Shown in pieces: positions 1 through 12,407 of a stretch of DNA of 32,570 nt. The stretch is from Reclinomonas americana ATCC 50394 (lineage: Eukaryota): assembly GCA_048213135.1 (NCBI GenBank), contig PS015251.1, positions 3,550 to 36,119 of the forward strand, given 5' to 3'. Made by a program: the position numbers and the translations under genes. The notes beneath the pieces are model-generated. The model made no database searches. It was not told the DNA's origin and was given only the letters and a program-made list of their open reading frames with translations. Positions within the stretch are counted from its first letter, which is position 1. The number at the start of each line of letters is the position of its first letter.

Positions 1-2259
1 CCTCTCTTCCCCCTTCTCCCTTTTCCGCAACTCTGCACATGGCATCCACCGAATCGATGCCGGGCAACTGCGGCGGCAGCACGGCCTTGGTGTGCCCGGC
101 CAAGTACCGCCGCATCGTGTACACGGCCTGCGCGCCGGCCTTGCGATTGTCCAGGTCGATGATGAACCAGTAGGCGTGGTACGGATGGCTAAAGCCTTGC
201 GCCAGGCGCTTGAAACAAACGCAGTGGCCTCCGTTGGCCACGGCTGCAGGCAGCTGCTCCACACCGCGCGGAATAAAGTATTTGAAGAGTGCGCGAGCGC
301 CCTGACAGCATGCGGTAAGGCACAGCACCCATGATGGCGCAATCTCCCACTTCGACGCAACTATTCTCTCCAGCGGCCACTCCCAGTCGGAGAACGCTCT
401 CGCAGCGTGCCCGCCGGGCCGGTCGGGCCAGTTGAGACTGTCGATGAGACCGTCGTCGATTAGTGCCATGAAAAAGCGCGTCGCAATGTCCATCATGGCG
501 TGATAAAAGTTCCAGAGTTGTTCCTTGTTGTAGCCGCGCTCGAGGAGCACGCCGAGTTCCACCAGGTCGCAGAGCTGCGAAAGGGGGGAGGGGGGAGAAA
601 TGTGTGAGGGAAAGGGGTGAGGGGGCAGGGAGGGGAGAGAGAGGGGAAGGGGATGGGCAGTGGATGCTCTCTTCGGGAAGAATGAGCGTGTGCGTGTGTG
701 CGTGTGAGTGAGAGAGAGTGAGATAGAGAGAGAGAGAGAGACGGAGAGAGAGACACTGACAGTGACAGAGACAGAGACAGAGAGAGAGAGAGAGAGACAG
801 AGAGAGTGAGTAAGTAAGAGAGACAGACAAGGAAATGGAGGACGAGCCGAGAAGACGGAATGACACCGAAGGCTACTGTCTCTCTCATTCAGTCTCTCAC
901 GCCGTCGGCGGAAATGCAAAGGAGTGTGATGGGCAGGTGACATCAACCGCTTGAACACAACACTTGCGAGTGAAGATGAGGAAAAGGACACTGCCCCGGC
1001 TTGCCATATCTCACGAGCGGAGAACGAGAGGAAGAGCAGAAGAGCGATAGACAGGCGAAACTAATCGTTCTCTCTTGCCTTGAGAGAGTAAGAGCGCGTG
1101 CGTGAGAGAAGGAGAAGGAAGGACGAGAGAGAGCGAGTCCAACTTTTCTGGTGCTTGCAACACCTCACCAGCGGAGAACGAGAGGAAGAGCAGAAGAGCG
1201 ATTGACAGGCGAATCTATTGCCTTGAGAGAGTGAGCGTGTGAGGGCTGACACCAATCACTTCTTTTGACCACAACACTCTGGCGAGAGAATGACGAACAT
1301 TGAAAAGGAAGACGAATCTCTCCTGCTGACTGCAGGAAGCTTGAGAGAGGCATTGTCATTGCATCAAGAGCCATCCCACCCTGCCTTCGAATCCCGCCCA
1401 CCAACCTCATCGCCCTGCACCATCGCCTTACTCCTCTGCAGCTGCTCGACCGACGACGCAGACTCCACCTCATCCACAGCAAACGCCAGCGTCATCCACT
1501 TTTCCCACGCTGGCCACGTGCGAGTCACATTACGCGTCGCCACAAACACATTGTTGGCGTATAATACAGTGTGTGACGAGGGGTGGTCAGCGGAGAGAGC
1601 GAGGCACTGGTCGGCGCGGATGCTCTGCTCGAAGACGGGTGGGGGTGGTCTCTTGCGTGCCTCCTCTTCCTCCTGCAAAGCGAGAAAGACAGTGAGAAAG
1701 GAAAGCAGTCGAGGTTGCTGTCGCAGTGAAAGCATAGGCGTTGCTTGGTCGTCTCTCTCTTTCTCTCTCACACACTGTGGCTGCCTTACTTGTCATCGTT
1801 GTGACAATGAGTGATGAGTGGGGAGAGAGAAAGAGAGAGGGGAGGCTCTCTCTCTCTCTCTCTCTCTCCCCCTTTGTGTCAGTCTCTGCGTCTCTATGAG
1901 AATGAGTGATGAGTGATGAACAGAGAGAGAGAAGGAGGAGAGGAGAGACATGCAGACTTCTCTCTTGTCTCTCATTCCTCTGTGTCTCTCACTCTCTTGC
2001 CTCTCTTGTCTCTCTCATTTCATGTCAGGTCTATGTGACTGAGAGAGATAAACAGAGAGAAAAGAGAAGAGCAGAGAGATGCACTCATCTCTCTCTCTCT
2101 CTTGCTTGTCTCTCAGGCTCTTCTTGTCTCTGTCAGTGTGTCTCTCGTTCCTTCACTGCCTCTCACTGTGACTCTCTCTTTCTTTCTTTCATTGTTTCAG
2201 TCCCTGCGTCACATGAGAATGAACGATGTGTGATGAGAGAGAGACACTCTTCTTCATTC

Positions 2260-2298
<39 letters not shown>

Positions 2299-2481
2299 CT
2301 TCTCCCTCCCCTCTCTCCCTCCCCTCTCCCCTCTCCCCTCTCTCCCTCACTCACTCACCACTGACACTTGTTGCGCAGGTCGCGGTCGCTGAGTAAACAA
2401 AGAAAACAGCAGCAGACTGGTGACCAACGCAATGCCCACAATCGACGTGATCAACACACTGCGTCGTCGATCATCGCGCAT
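1..2481 (-). CDS. Type II membrane glycosyltransferase, GT61-like (3' partial; runs off the window)
   Basis: Exons 2481-2359, 1672-1406 and 574-~32 join in phase 0 with GT-AG introns. Exon 1 encodes MRDDRRRSVLITSIVGIALVTSLLLFSLF (basic tail plus a single TM anchor). Exon 3 contains QLWNFYHAMMD and HCVCFKRLAQGF, resembling the N-x-x-H-x-x-x-D and CF-x-x-h-x-x-G motifs of GT61 enzymes. The exon 2 donor (1405) and exon 3 end are less certain. Family call is by motif recognition only. Confidence 0.7.
1015..1250. repeat. Imperfect ~155-nt intronic duplication
   Basis: agcggagaacgagaggaagagcagaagagcgat..acaggcgaa occurs at ~1016 and ~1170, inside intron 2 of the GT61-like gene. Confidence 0.75.
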
Positions 2482-2825
2482 TGCTTGAACGAATGAAAGA
2501 AGTAAAGGAAAGTAACGTTCATGTCCTGCGACGTTTTTCTTGCAATCATGGTTGCTGGTGGTCGACTGTGGAATAGTGTGCAAAGTAGTGCATGTTGCTG
2601 CTGATTGTGTGGCGAGTATGGCAATCGGCATTTGGCGTGTCGGATATCGATCCCGGACTCACGACGTACGCGTCTGCATTTGCGGTTGCGGTCGACTTTT
2701 TTTTGAATGTAGTGGAGAGAGTAGAGCGTCCACATGCTTACTGCTGAGTGCGTCGTGGACAACTCCTCCATTTTTGTCGCCAGTGGGATCCGGAATGCAG
2801 TTGTAACTTGAAATTACACAAAACA

Positions 2826-2996
2826 CTTCATTCACCAACAAACAAGCAACAGCTGTCTTGATGACCAAGTTCAACCGAATCCAAAACATCAACACAGACA
2901 CCAATCTTGAGGCAGCAGCAGGTTCCTTGTGTGTGTGTGTGTTCGCTCTCGGAGCTCCGAACAAGTCGCGATATCGCGATCGAGAACTGCGATCTT
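2826..2996. repeat. Dispersed ~150-170 bp repeat, copy 1 (possible short non-autonomous element)
   Basis: Near-identical to 13521-13671. Flanked by the 14-bp direct repeat ttgtaacttgaaat at 2801-2814 and 3009-3022. Contains the palindromes tcggagctccga (2949-2960) and tcgcgatatcgcga (2966-2979). Confidence 0.8.
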
Positions 2997-3162
2997 CACC
3001 GCATAAGCTTGTAACTTGAAATAATTCTGTTTTGCATTCCCGAATCCCTCGTAAACGATAACACTCCACGTGCAGATCCATCCGTGAGTATGTAACACTG
3101 CCTCGCCAGACGATATTTTGCGTGTCCGGACCTTCGCCGCGGCGGACAACTTCTCTCACACC

Positions 3163-4282
3163 ATGCCTGGCAAGGTGAGGTCGTACAGTCAGTGAGCTTG
3201 CCTGCCATTCACAGTGTTTCATAGCAGAGGCTTGCTTTGTGCTGCAGGTACTGCGAGGCCACACGAGTTCGGTGCATGCCGTGGCCGTCACCCCCGATGG
3301 CCGCCACGCTGTGAGTGGCAGCTGGGATAACACGGTACGAGTGTGGTCGCTGGCCAGTGGCGCGGAGGTGCGTCGACTGGAAGGCCACACGAGAGTTGTG
3401 TGGGCAGTGGCCGTCGCGCCCGATGGCGAGCATGTTGTGAGTGGCAGTCAGGATATGACTGTACGCGTGTGGTCGATGGCGAGCGGCGAGGAGGTGCGCC
3501 GACTGGTGGGCCACACGAATGTGGTGAGAGCAGTGGTGGTGACACCCGATGGTCAGCACATTGTAAGCGGCAGTTGGGACCGCACTATGCGGGTGTGGTC
3601 ACTTGAAACTGGTGCGGAGGTGCGCCGACTGCGAGGCCACACGGATCAGGTGCAGTCAGTGGCAGTGACACCCGATGGCCAGCACATTGTGAGTGGCAGT
3701 CAGGACAGGACTGTACGGGTGTGGTCACTGGCAAGTGGCGAGGAGGTGCGCCGACTGGAAGGCCACACAGGTGGGGTGTGGGCGGTGGCAGTGACGCCCG
3801 ATGGTCAGCACATTGTGAGTGGCAGTACGGACAAGACTGTACGGGTGTGGTCACTGGCAAGTGGCGAGGAGGTGCGCCGACTGGAAGGCCACGTGTGTGG
3901 GGTGGGCGCAGTGGCGGTGACGCCCGATGGCCAGCACATAGTGATTGGCAGTGCGGAAAACTCTGTACGAGTATGGTCACTGACAAGTGGCGAGGAGGTG
4001 TGGAGTCTGGAAGGCCACACGAATGTGGTGTGGGCCGTGACAGTGACACCCGATGGCCACATTGTGAGTTGCAGTCATGACGGGACTGTTCGGGTGCGGC
4101 TCGCAATACGCGCTCCGGCAATTGCTGAGCTGCAAGCTGCCCGGAATGCCCACCAAGCCTTAGTCGAGATGCAGCTGCCGCCCGATGTGGACGGCGACCC
4201 GCGATGCCTCGTGGAGATTGTGCTGCGCTGCTTCATCGGTGAGGACGCGGAGGCTAGTCTCTTTGGTGCGCCCTTATATTGA
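3163..4282 (+). CDS. Seven-repeat WD40 beta-propeller with highly similar repeats and a short C-terminal tail (~348 aa)
   Basis: join(3163-3174, 3248-4282): ATG CCT GGC AAG|gtgagg...ctgcag|GTA CTG CGA GGC CAC. Seven ~42-aa (126-nt) repeats of the form GHTxxVxAVAVTPDGQHIVSGSxDxTVRVW. Confidence 0.92.
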
Positions 4283-5289
4283 GAGAGAATGAATGTGCTC
4301 GAGAGAGAGGGATGGAGAGGGAGGGAGGGAGGGGGGAGAGGGAGGGAGGGAGGGAGAGGGAGGGAGAGAGAGAGACGAAGTACTCCCGCCCATCGCCGTG
4401 CCGACCATTCTCCGTCATCCATTGCGCTCGTCGACGACAGCAGCATGTGGTTTCATCGCAAACCCTGTACACGCGGTGACACGCCAGACCAAACTCCTAC
4501 CCAAAAGTATCCACACACAAACGGAAGGCGCAGACCATGGCCATGCTTCGATCGCGACGATCGCGATGGCATTGACAATACAACAACAACAACAACAACT
4601 TTAATAAATCCGAACAGCAAAATACACCTGCATGATGATCACCTTCGTGCGTGCACGTGAGCACCAGAACTGTTGCGGATGTACGCAGCGATCTTGCAAG
4701 TATTCATGGCGCACAAGGCGAGCTCACAATGTGAGAGACGGCTACGCTGCTCCGGGAACAAGCGCGACAAAAAAATCTCGACGTCGATATTTCTCCAAAA
4801 AAGAAAGTCCACGTTGACTGATGTCTCGCGTTTACACAAGCTCTCGGAAACAACAGCAACGACGAATCATTCGGCGACACGCGGGCAAGCAACTTCTTGT
4901 GTGAAAGTTCATCTGTATCCAGAGCGACAACACCATCGCAGCGCAGTACCAATTTCAATCGCGAAGCTGACAGCTGCCCTCTTCAGAGTTTGTTGCCTGG
5001 GCAAAAAGAGAGAGGATAGCGGCTGCGCCGTGTGGTTCTTTAAGTTCGTTGTAGCCCCCAGCAGTCGACATGCGAGGCCAGGACATCTTGAACTTTTCTA
5101 ATCAAACATTGTAGGCGCACGCCATGGCCTCCCTCATTGTCGACACTGGCCGCCGAGCGATGGCTTTGGGCCGCGAATCGCCGCCAGTGACCAGTCGATT
5201 GTGGGAGATCTTGATCGCTACAGTGCCAACTACAAAACACATCCGTGCATCACCGTTCACTTTGCTCTCTCACACACTCTGCGCATGCC

Positions 5290-8200
5290 TCACGTGTGCG
5301 TGCGCATCATCATGGTTGGGCGATTGAGCGCAGCGACTGCGGCCGCCGATTGCTGCGCCGACATGTCGGCGTCGGTGCCAGTCGGTTGCGTGCTCGACGC
5401 GACCGTCTTGGCGATGAGAGGGCGGAAGCCGAGGTCCTCCAGGGGGACGCCTTGTCTCGCCAGGTGTTCCTCGTAGGTGCGAATGGTTTCGTTGTGTTTC
5501 TGCGAGAAGGAGGGAAAGGGTGAGGCAGGGGAAGGGGGAGGTGAAAGGGAAAGGAGAAGGAGAGGGAAGTGAGAGGGAGAGGGAGAGGGAGAGGGAGAGG
5601 GAGGGAAAGGGAAAGGGGAAGGGAAAGGGGAAGAGAGAGGGAAGGGAAGGGGAAAGACTGAGGGAAGGGAACGGGAAAGAGAGAGTGTGAAAGAGAGAGA
5701 AGAAGGAGTGGTAAGAAAGAGGAAGGAGTGGGAAATTGATAGAATAAGCGGTGGGAAAAGAGAGAGAGAGGAGAGCGAGTGAGAAAGAGAGTAAGAGAGA
5801 GAAGAGCGAGTGGGAAAGAAAGAGGAGAGCGAATGGGAAAGAGAGAGAAGAAGGAGTGGGAAAGAGAGAGGAGAGCGAACGGGAAACATATACAAGAAGT
5901 GGGAAATAGATAGAATAAGGGGTGGGAAGAGAGAGAGGAGAGCGAGTGGGAAACAGAAAGAGAAGAGCGAGTGGGAATGAGAGAAGCGAGAATGGGAAGG
6001 ATAGAGAACAAGGGGTGGGAAAGAGAGAGGAGAGCGAATGGGAAATCGATAGAATAAGGGGTGGGAAAGAGAGAGAGAAGACAGCGAGCGAGAAAGAGAG
6101 AGAAGAGCGAGTGGGAATGAGAGAAGCGAGAGTGGGAAGGAGAGAGAACAAGGGGTGGGAAAGAGAGAGGAGAGCGAATGGGAAACAGATAGAAGAAGGG
6201 GTAGGAAAGATAGAGTGAGGAGAGCGAGTGGGAAAGAGAGAGGAGAGCGAATGGGAAAGAGAGAGAAGAAGGAGTGGTAAGAAAGAGGAAGGAGTGGGAA
6301 ATCGATAGAACAAGGGGTGGGAAGAGAGAAGAGCGAGTGGAATGAGAGAAGAGCGAGCGGGAGGAGACGGAAGAAGGAGTGGGAAAGAGAGAAAGAGAGG
6401 AGAGCGAGTGGGAAAGAGCGAGAGCGAATGGGAAACAGATAGAAGAAGGGGTAGGAAAGATAGAGTGAGGAGAGCGAGTGGGAAAGAGAGAGAAGAGCGA
6501 GTGAGAAGAGAGAGAGAGAAGAAGGAGTGGGAAAGACAGAGAAGAGAGAGTGGGAAAGAGACAGAAGGAGTGAGAAAGGGAGAGAAGAGCGAGTGGGAAA
6601 GAGAAAGAAGAGCGAGTGGGAATGAGAGAAGCGAGAGTGGGAAGGAGAGAGAACAAGGGGTGGGAAAGAGAGAGGAGAGCGAACGGGAAAGAGAGAATAG
6701 CGAGTGAGAAGGGAGAAGAGCGAGCGAGAAAGATATGGAGGAGAGGGACTCAGAACAGAGAGAGAGAGAGAAAGTGAGAGAATTACAGAGAGATAGGCTA
6801 TTAACATGCTTGGCGCCACTGCTACTGTCTCTTCGTTCTCTCTTCTTCTCCCTTCATCGAGTATTTCGAGCCAGTTTTCATCGTGCTTCATCTCACTGCT
6901 GTCACAAGTTATCTCTCTCATACCCGTGATTTCTACAGCACACATTCAATGCCGTCTCTCTCACTCATTACTGCCCACAGTCTCACTTCTCTTCCACGAC
7001 CACCACTCCTTCTCCCCCCGCTCCTCCTTTCCCTTTCCACGCAACTGCCGTGACATACGACAACTGCTCCTGCAGCTCCTGAATCCGCTGACTCTTGCTG
7101 CGCAGCAGGTCGTCCAGTCGATGCGGATTCGCACCCATGGCGTCCGGATCGACATTCGCCGCCTGCAGCACCTCCGTGAGCTGCACGTTGCGCTTCTGCA
7201 GCGTGTCGTCCAGCGTGGCCAACTTGCGCTCCAGCAGCAGGTTGCGGAATCCGCTCTGCTGCTCGGCACTGCGCGCGAGTGAGCGAGACATAGGGAAAGT
7301 GGTAGAAGGAGTATGTCGAGTAGGTACCTCATCATGACCTCCTCGAAGCGCGCGTACAGCTCGTCGCGCTCCTTTTGCACTGCGGCGAATCGCTGCTGCA
7401 GCACCTCGCACTCCCAGCGCACGTCACGAAGTTGGGCCTCCACCAGACGCAGGCGGGCCTTGGCGTCGCGGAGGGCGATTTTTTCCTGCAGGGGGGAAGG
7501 GGGAGTGAGGAGAGGGGAAGAGGAGAAGGGGGGAGAGGGAAGAGGAGAAGGGGAAGAGGAGAAGGGGAAGAGGAGAAGGGGGAAAATAGAGGGAGTGGCA
7601 AAGAGAGGGAAAGAAAAGGAAGGAGGGAGAGAAAGAAAAACACAAACACTCATGTGAATTGAAGGACGCAAATAGGGACAGAATGAAGCAGAACGAGAGA
7701 GAGAAACAGGGAGGAAGGGAAAGAAAAAGAGAGAGAATGCAGAGAGCAAACACTGAGGTGAAATTAGTGATGGAAAAGGAGACAGAGAGACGCCGAAGAA
7801 GAGAGAGCAACAGAGAGTTAGGGAAAGAAAAGAAGAGCGAGAGAGAGACAGAGAATGCAGAGCACATACACTCATGTGAAATGAACTATGCAATGCAACG
7901 AGAGCCACAGAAAGAGGAAGAGAGACAGAGAAAACAAAGCACAAACACTCATGCGAAACGAAGGATGCAAATAGAGACAGAGCGAAGCAGAAGCAGAAGG
8001 AGAGAGCGAGAGACGGAGAATGTAGACAGCAAAATCGCATGCGAAATTAAGAACGCAAAGAGAGACAGAGAACCAGGGAGGAAGGGAAAGAAAAGGAGAG
8101 AGAAAAGCATAAGAAGAGAGAGAGAGAGAGAGAAACAGGGAAGAAAGGAAGAAAGAGAGACAGAGAACGCAGAGCACAATACTCATGCGAAATGAATGAT

Positions 8201-11200
8201 GCAAGGGGACAGAGAGAAGCAGAAGTAGAAGACAGAGAGAGAGACCACACACAGAGAATGCAGAGCGCAAACACTCACGCGAAATGCAATGAGAGACAGA
8301 GAAACAGAAGGAGAGAGAGAAACAGAAGAAGAGTGGGAGAGACACAGGAAGGGAGGGAAAGAAAGGAGAGAGAGAGAGCGAGACAGAAAGCATAGCGAAA
8401 ACACTTGAAAAGCAGAAGACAGCGAGCGCAAACACTCACGCGTTGAATGACGCAAAGTGAGACAGAGAGAAACGGGGAGGAAGGGAAAGAAAAGGAGAGA
8501 CAGAGGCGGAGAAAGGAGAGCGCAAACGCTCATGCGAAATGAAGGACGCTAAGAGAGACAGAGAGAAACAGAAGGAGGAGAGAGAAACGGAGAGAGAGAG
8601 TGAGAGAGAGACAGCCAAAGCAGAGCGAAAACACTCATGCGAAATGAATGATGCAACGAGAGACAGACAGACAGACAGACAGAGAGAGAGAGAGAGAGAG
8701 AGGAGAGGCATCGTGCGGAAACCACGATCCCTTCGAACCACCCTTTCTTCCCCCCTTCCCTCTCTACTCCTTCCCCTCCCTTCCCCTCGCACACACCTTT
8801 TCATAATTCGCCTTGGCCAACCGCAGCTCCTCCACCTCCTTCAGCGTGCGGGCCAGCGGCTCGCGCAGCTTCTTGTTCTCCTGGATGGTGTCGAACAGGT
8901 CCTTCTCGTTTGTCGCCTCGTCCTTCTTCATGTTCTCCAACTCCTCCTTCAGACCCTTGATCAGCTCAATGTTGTTGGAGGTGATGTCGTTGTAGTACTC
9001 CTGCGTACGAGATAAATGTCAGCGTGTGTTGGAGGGGTCACGGCACACAGCAAGCAGCACCTTAATCTCCCTAAAGTCCTTCTCGTGCTGCTCCATCAGC
9101 TCGTGAATGTGCGCGTTCTTGCGCTGCTCAATCTCCACCACCTCGCGCCGTCTCTCCTCGTTCATCTGGTCTCGCAGCTCGTTCAGCAGGCGCTCGTATT
9201 TGAGTTGCATCTCGCGGGCACGGCGCTCGAATTCTGGGGCGAGGAGAAAAGGGCAAAGTGAGGGAGGGGGGAAAGAGGGGAAGGGAGGAGAAGGGCAGGG
9301 AAAGAAAGGGGGAAAAGATAGGGCAAAGGTGTGATACCTGCTGACAGGCACAGGGGAAGAGGGGAGAGAGGGAAAGAGGGCAGAGGGAAAGGGGGAATAC
9401 ATAGGGCAATGGTGAGATACCTGCTGACAGGAAACGGCAGGGAAACAAAAAAGAACGCTCGCACAGGGGAAGGAGGAAGAAAGAGGGAAGAGGGAAAGGG
9501 GAAAGATAGGGCAAAGGAGTGATACCTGCTGACAGGCACAGGGGAAGAGGGGAGAGAGGGAAAGAGGGCAGAGGGAAAGGGGGAATACATAGGGCAATGG
9601 TGAGATACCTGCTGACAGGAAACGGCAGGGAAACAAAAGAGAACGCTCGCACAGGGGAAGGAGGAAGAAAGAGGGAAGGGGGAAAGGGGGAAAGATAGCG
9701 CAAAGGTGTGACAAGTGCTGACAGGCAGAGGGGAAGAGAGGGAGAGGGAAAGAGGGAAGAGGGAAAAGGGAAAAGGATAGGGCAAAGGTGTGATACCTGC
9801 TGACAGGAAGCGACAGGATAAACAAAGAGAACGACACAGGGGAAGGGAGAAAGAGGGAAAGAGGAAGAGGAAAAGGGGGAACAGATAGGGCAAAGCTGAC
9901 AAGAAGGGACAGGATAAACAAAGAGAACGAGTGCTCGCACAGGGGAAGGGAGGGAAAGAGGGAAGAGGGATAGGACAAAGGTAGATACCTGCTGACAGAA
10001 AGCGGTAGAATAAGCAAAGAGAACGACTGCACAAACAACGAGTGTAAACACACTTGCACACAGTGCGAGAGAAAGAGAGAATGGAAAAGAGAACAGAGAG
10101 ATGATAAGAGGAATCCTGTGTCTGTGTTTGTGTGTTCGTGTTGAGTATTGCTTTCGTCGTCTCAGTCTTCCCCACTCTTATCATCTTTCTTCATCTTATC
10201 TATCAGCCTCCTATTCACTTGTCTTTCTCTAACCCTCAGCTGCCGCACTCACTATCTCACACACCCCCTCTCGCAAACGTGCATTCATCGCTCTCTTTCT
10301 CTCTTCTTTCTCCTCGCTATCCTTCCTCTCTTCCTTCGTTCCCTCACGGGAACAGCTTGCTTGCTCTCTCCCTCGTCCTTTCCCTCTCTTTCCCCCTTCC
10401 CCTTCCTTTTCCCCCTCCTCCGCACCTTCTCGCAGCTCCGTGACCCGCTGATCATGCTCCTGTCGCATTCTCCGCATCACATTCTCCTGTCCGAGTTCCG
10501 TCTCCTTCAGCATGCGACGTGACTCGCGCCGGTCGCTCTTGTTTTCGCGCTGCGATTCGCGATGCGAGTCCTCCTTCAGCTTCAGCGCCGACTCGGACTC
10601 GAGCTTCAGTTGGTCCATCGCCAGTTTGTTCTCGTACAGAAGGTGGCGGATCTTTGCGGGGGAGGGGAGGTGAGGGGGAAAAGAAGAAGGGGGAGGAGGA
10701 GGAGGAGGAGGGCGCACCTTTTGCTTGTAAATCTTGGCTTCGACAGAGTTCTTTTCTGAGAGTTCCTCCATCTCACGCTCTCGGTTGCGCAGCATGGCCT
10801 GGTGAAGGAGAAGGGTGAGGGAGGGGGAAGGGGGAAGGGGGAGGAGAAGCAATGGGCACAATGCAGAGATCAAGAAAGAATGGAAAGAATGAACCACAGA
10901 CAAGAAAAGAAAAGAAGGGAAGAAAGAAAGCAAAAAGGAAGGAAGAAGAAAGAAAACGAGAGACTCCCAGAAGTGGGAGAGAACATGAACAATTAAACGC
11001 ACCTTCAGTTCCTCGTTCTGCTGCCTCGTGAGCTCCCAAAACGTGTTCAGTCGATCACGTTCCAGTTGAAAGTACGCCCGTTGGCTCTCCTCCTCGGCCA
11101 GACGCGATTTCATCGCATCCACAGCAGTCTCCAGCTTTTGCAGGTATTCCGCGTCACTGAAAGGGCGAGGGGGTGAGGAGAGGGAGGCGAAGGAGAAGGG

Positions 11201-12375
11201 AGAAGGAGAAGGGAGAAGGGAGAAGGAGAAGGAGAAGGAGAAGGGAGAAGGGAGAAGGTGAAGGGAGAAGGGAGAAGGAGAAGGAGAAGGGAGAAGGAGC
11301 AGGAGAAGGTGAAGACATAAGGAGAAGGAATGAGGTGAAGGTGAAGGATGAGGTGAAGGAAAAGGAGAAGGTGAATGGAGAGGGCGAAGGAGAAGGTGAA
11401 TGAAGAAGGCGAAGGAGAAGGAGAAGGAATAAGCTGAAGGTAAAAGGATGAGGTGAAGAGGGCGAAGGAGAAGGTGAATGAAGAAAGCGAAGGAGAAGGA
11501 GAAGGAATACGCTGAAGGTACAAGGATGAGGTGAAGGAAAAGGCATATGGTGAATGGAGAAGGCGAAGGACAAGGCAAGGCGATGAGGTGAAGGATAAAG
11601 TGCGCCCAAGAAGCGAAACGCGAAGGCAGAGACACACACGATCTCTCTCTGACTCAGTCCTCACTGCTTAGAGAAGTATACGGCAGCACACCACACCCTT
11701 CTCTCTGCGTCTCTCTACGCCGATCTTTCTCTTTCTGCCTCAAGAAGGTGGAGGACAAGCGCGTCTGAGAGGGAGAAAGACGAAGGATAAGGCACACCTG
11801 CACAGAGCAAGTGTGTTGCTCTGTCTTTCTCTCGTGAAGCACTGTTTGATGAGCACCTTACAACAAGCTGACTCACTCTCTCACACAGGAAGAATACAGA
11901 GAAAGAGAAGTGAATAAGTTGCGTCTCTCTCTCTCGTGGAGCACTGTATGATGAGGGCCTGAACACACTCCCACACACTCACACACTCAGAGAAAGAAGT
12001 GAGAGAGAAAAACAGAAGTGAATGAGTTGCGTTCTCTCTAAGACTTGTATCACTGTTTGGTGAGGGCCTGAACACACAAACACACACATACACACACACA
12101 CACACACACTCTCTCTCTCATTATCTCCTCTCCTTTTCCTCCCCTTCTCCTCTCCTTTTCCTCTCCTTCTCCTCTCCTTCTCCTCCCCTTTTCATCCCCT
12201 TCTCCTCTCACCTTGGAGGCAATCCCGCCCACTTTGCACTGGCCGCAGAGGCCGCAGCCGAGGCCGGGCGCGATTTCTTTCCCTTCTTCCCCTTCTGTGA
12301 GAGAGAGAGAGAGAGAGTGAGAGAGCGAGTGAGAGTGAGTCAGAGACAGAGAGAGGGAGAGAGACAAAGAGAGAC

Positions 12376-12407
<32 letters not shown>

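Noticed and set aside
4673-5240. 142-aa ORF and a possible extra GAS8 terminal exon
   Set aside because: No motif or coding bias in the ORF. A donor at 5293 is possible but gives no recognisable extension, so it was left unmodelled.
7640-10030. Repeat-spacer-like arrays suggesting CRISPR
   Set aside because: Eukaryotic introns; spacers are low-complexity, related to each other and variable in length, and there are no cas genes.
5270-11664. Numerous long Ser/Leu/Phe/Pro-rich or Arg/Glu/Gly-rich ORFs in the track
   Set aside because: These are translations of CT/GA intron repeats that lack stops by composition; only the embedded GAS8 exons are real.
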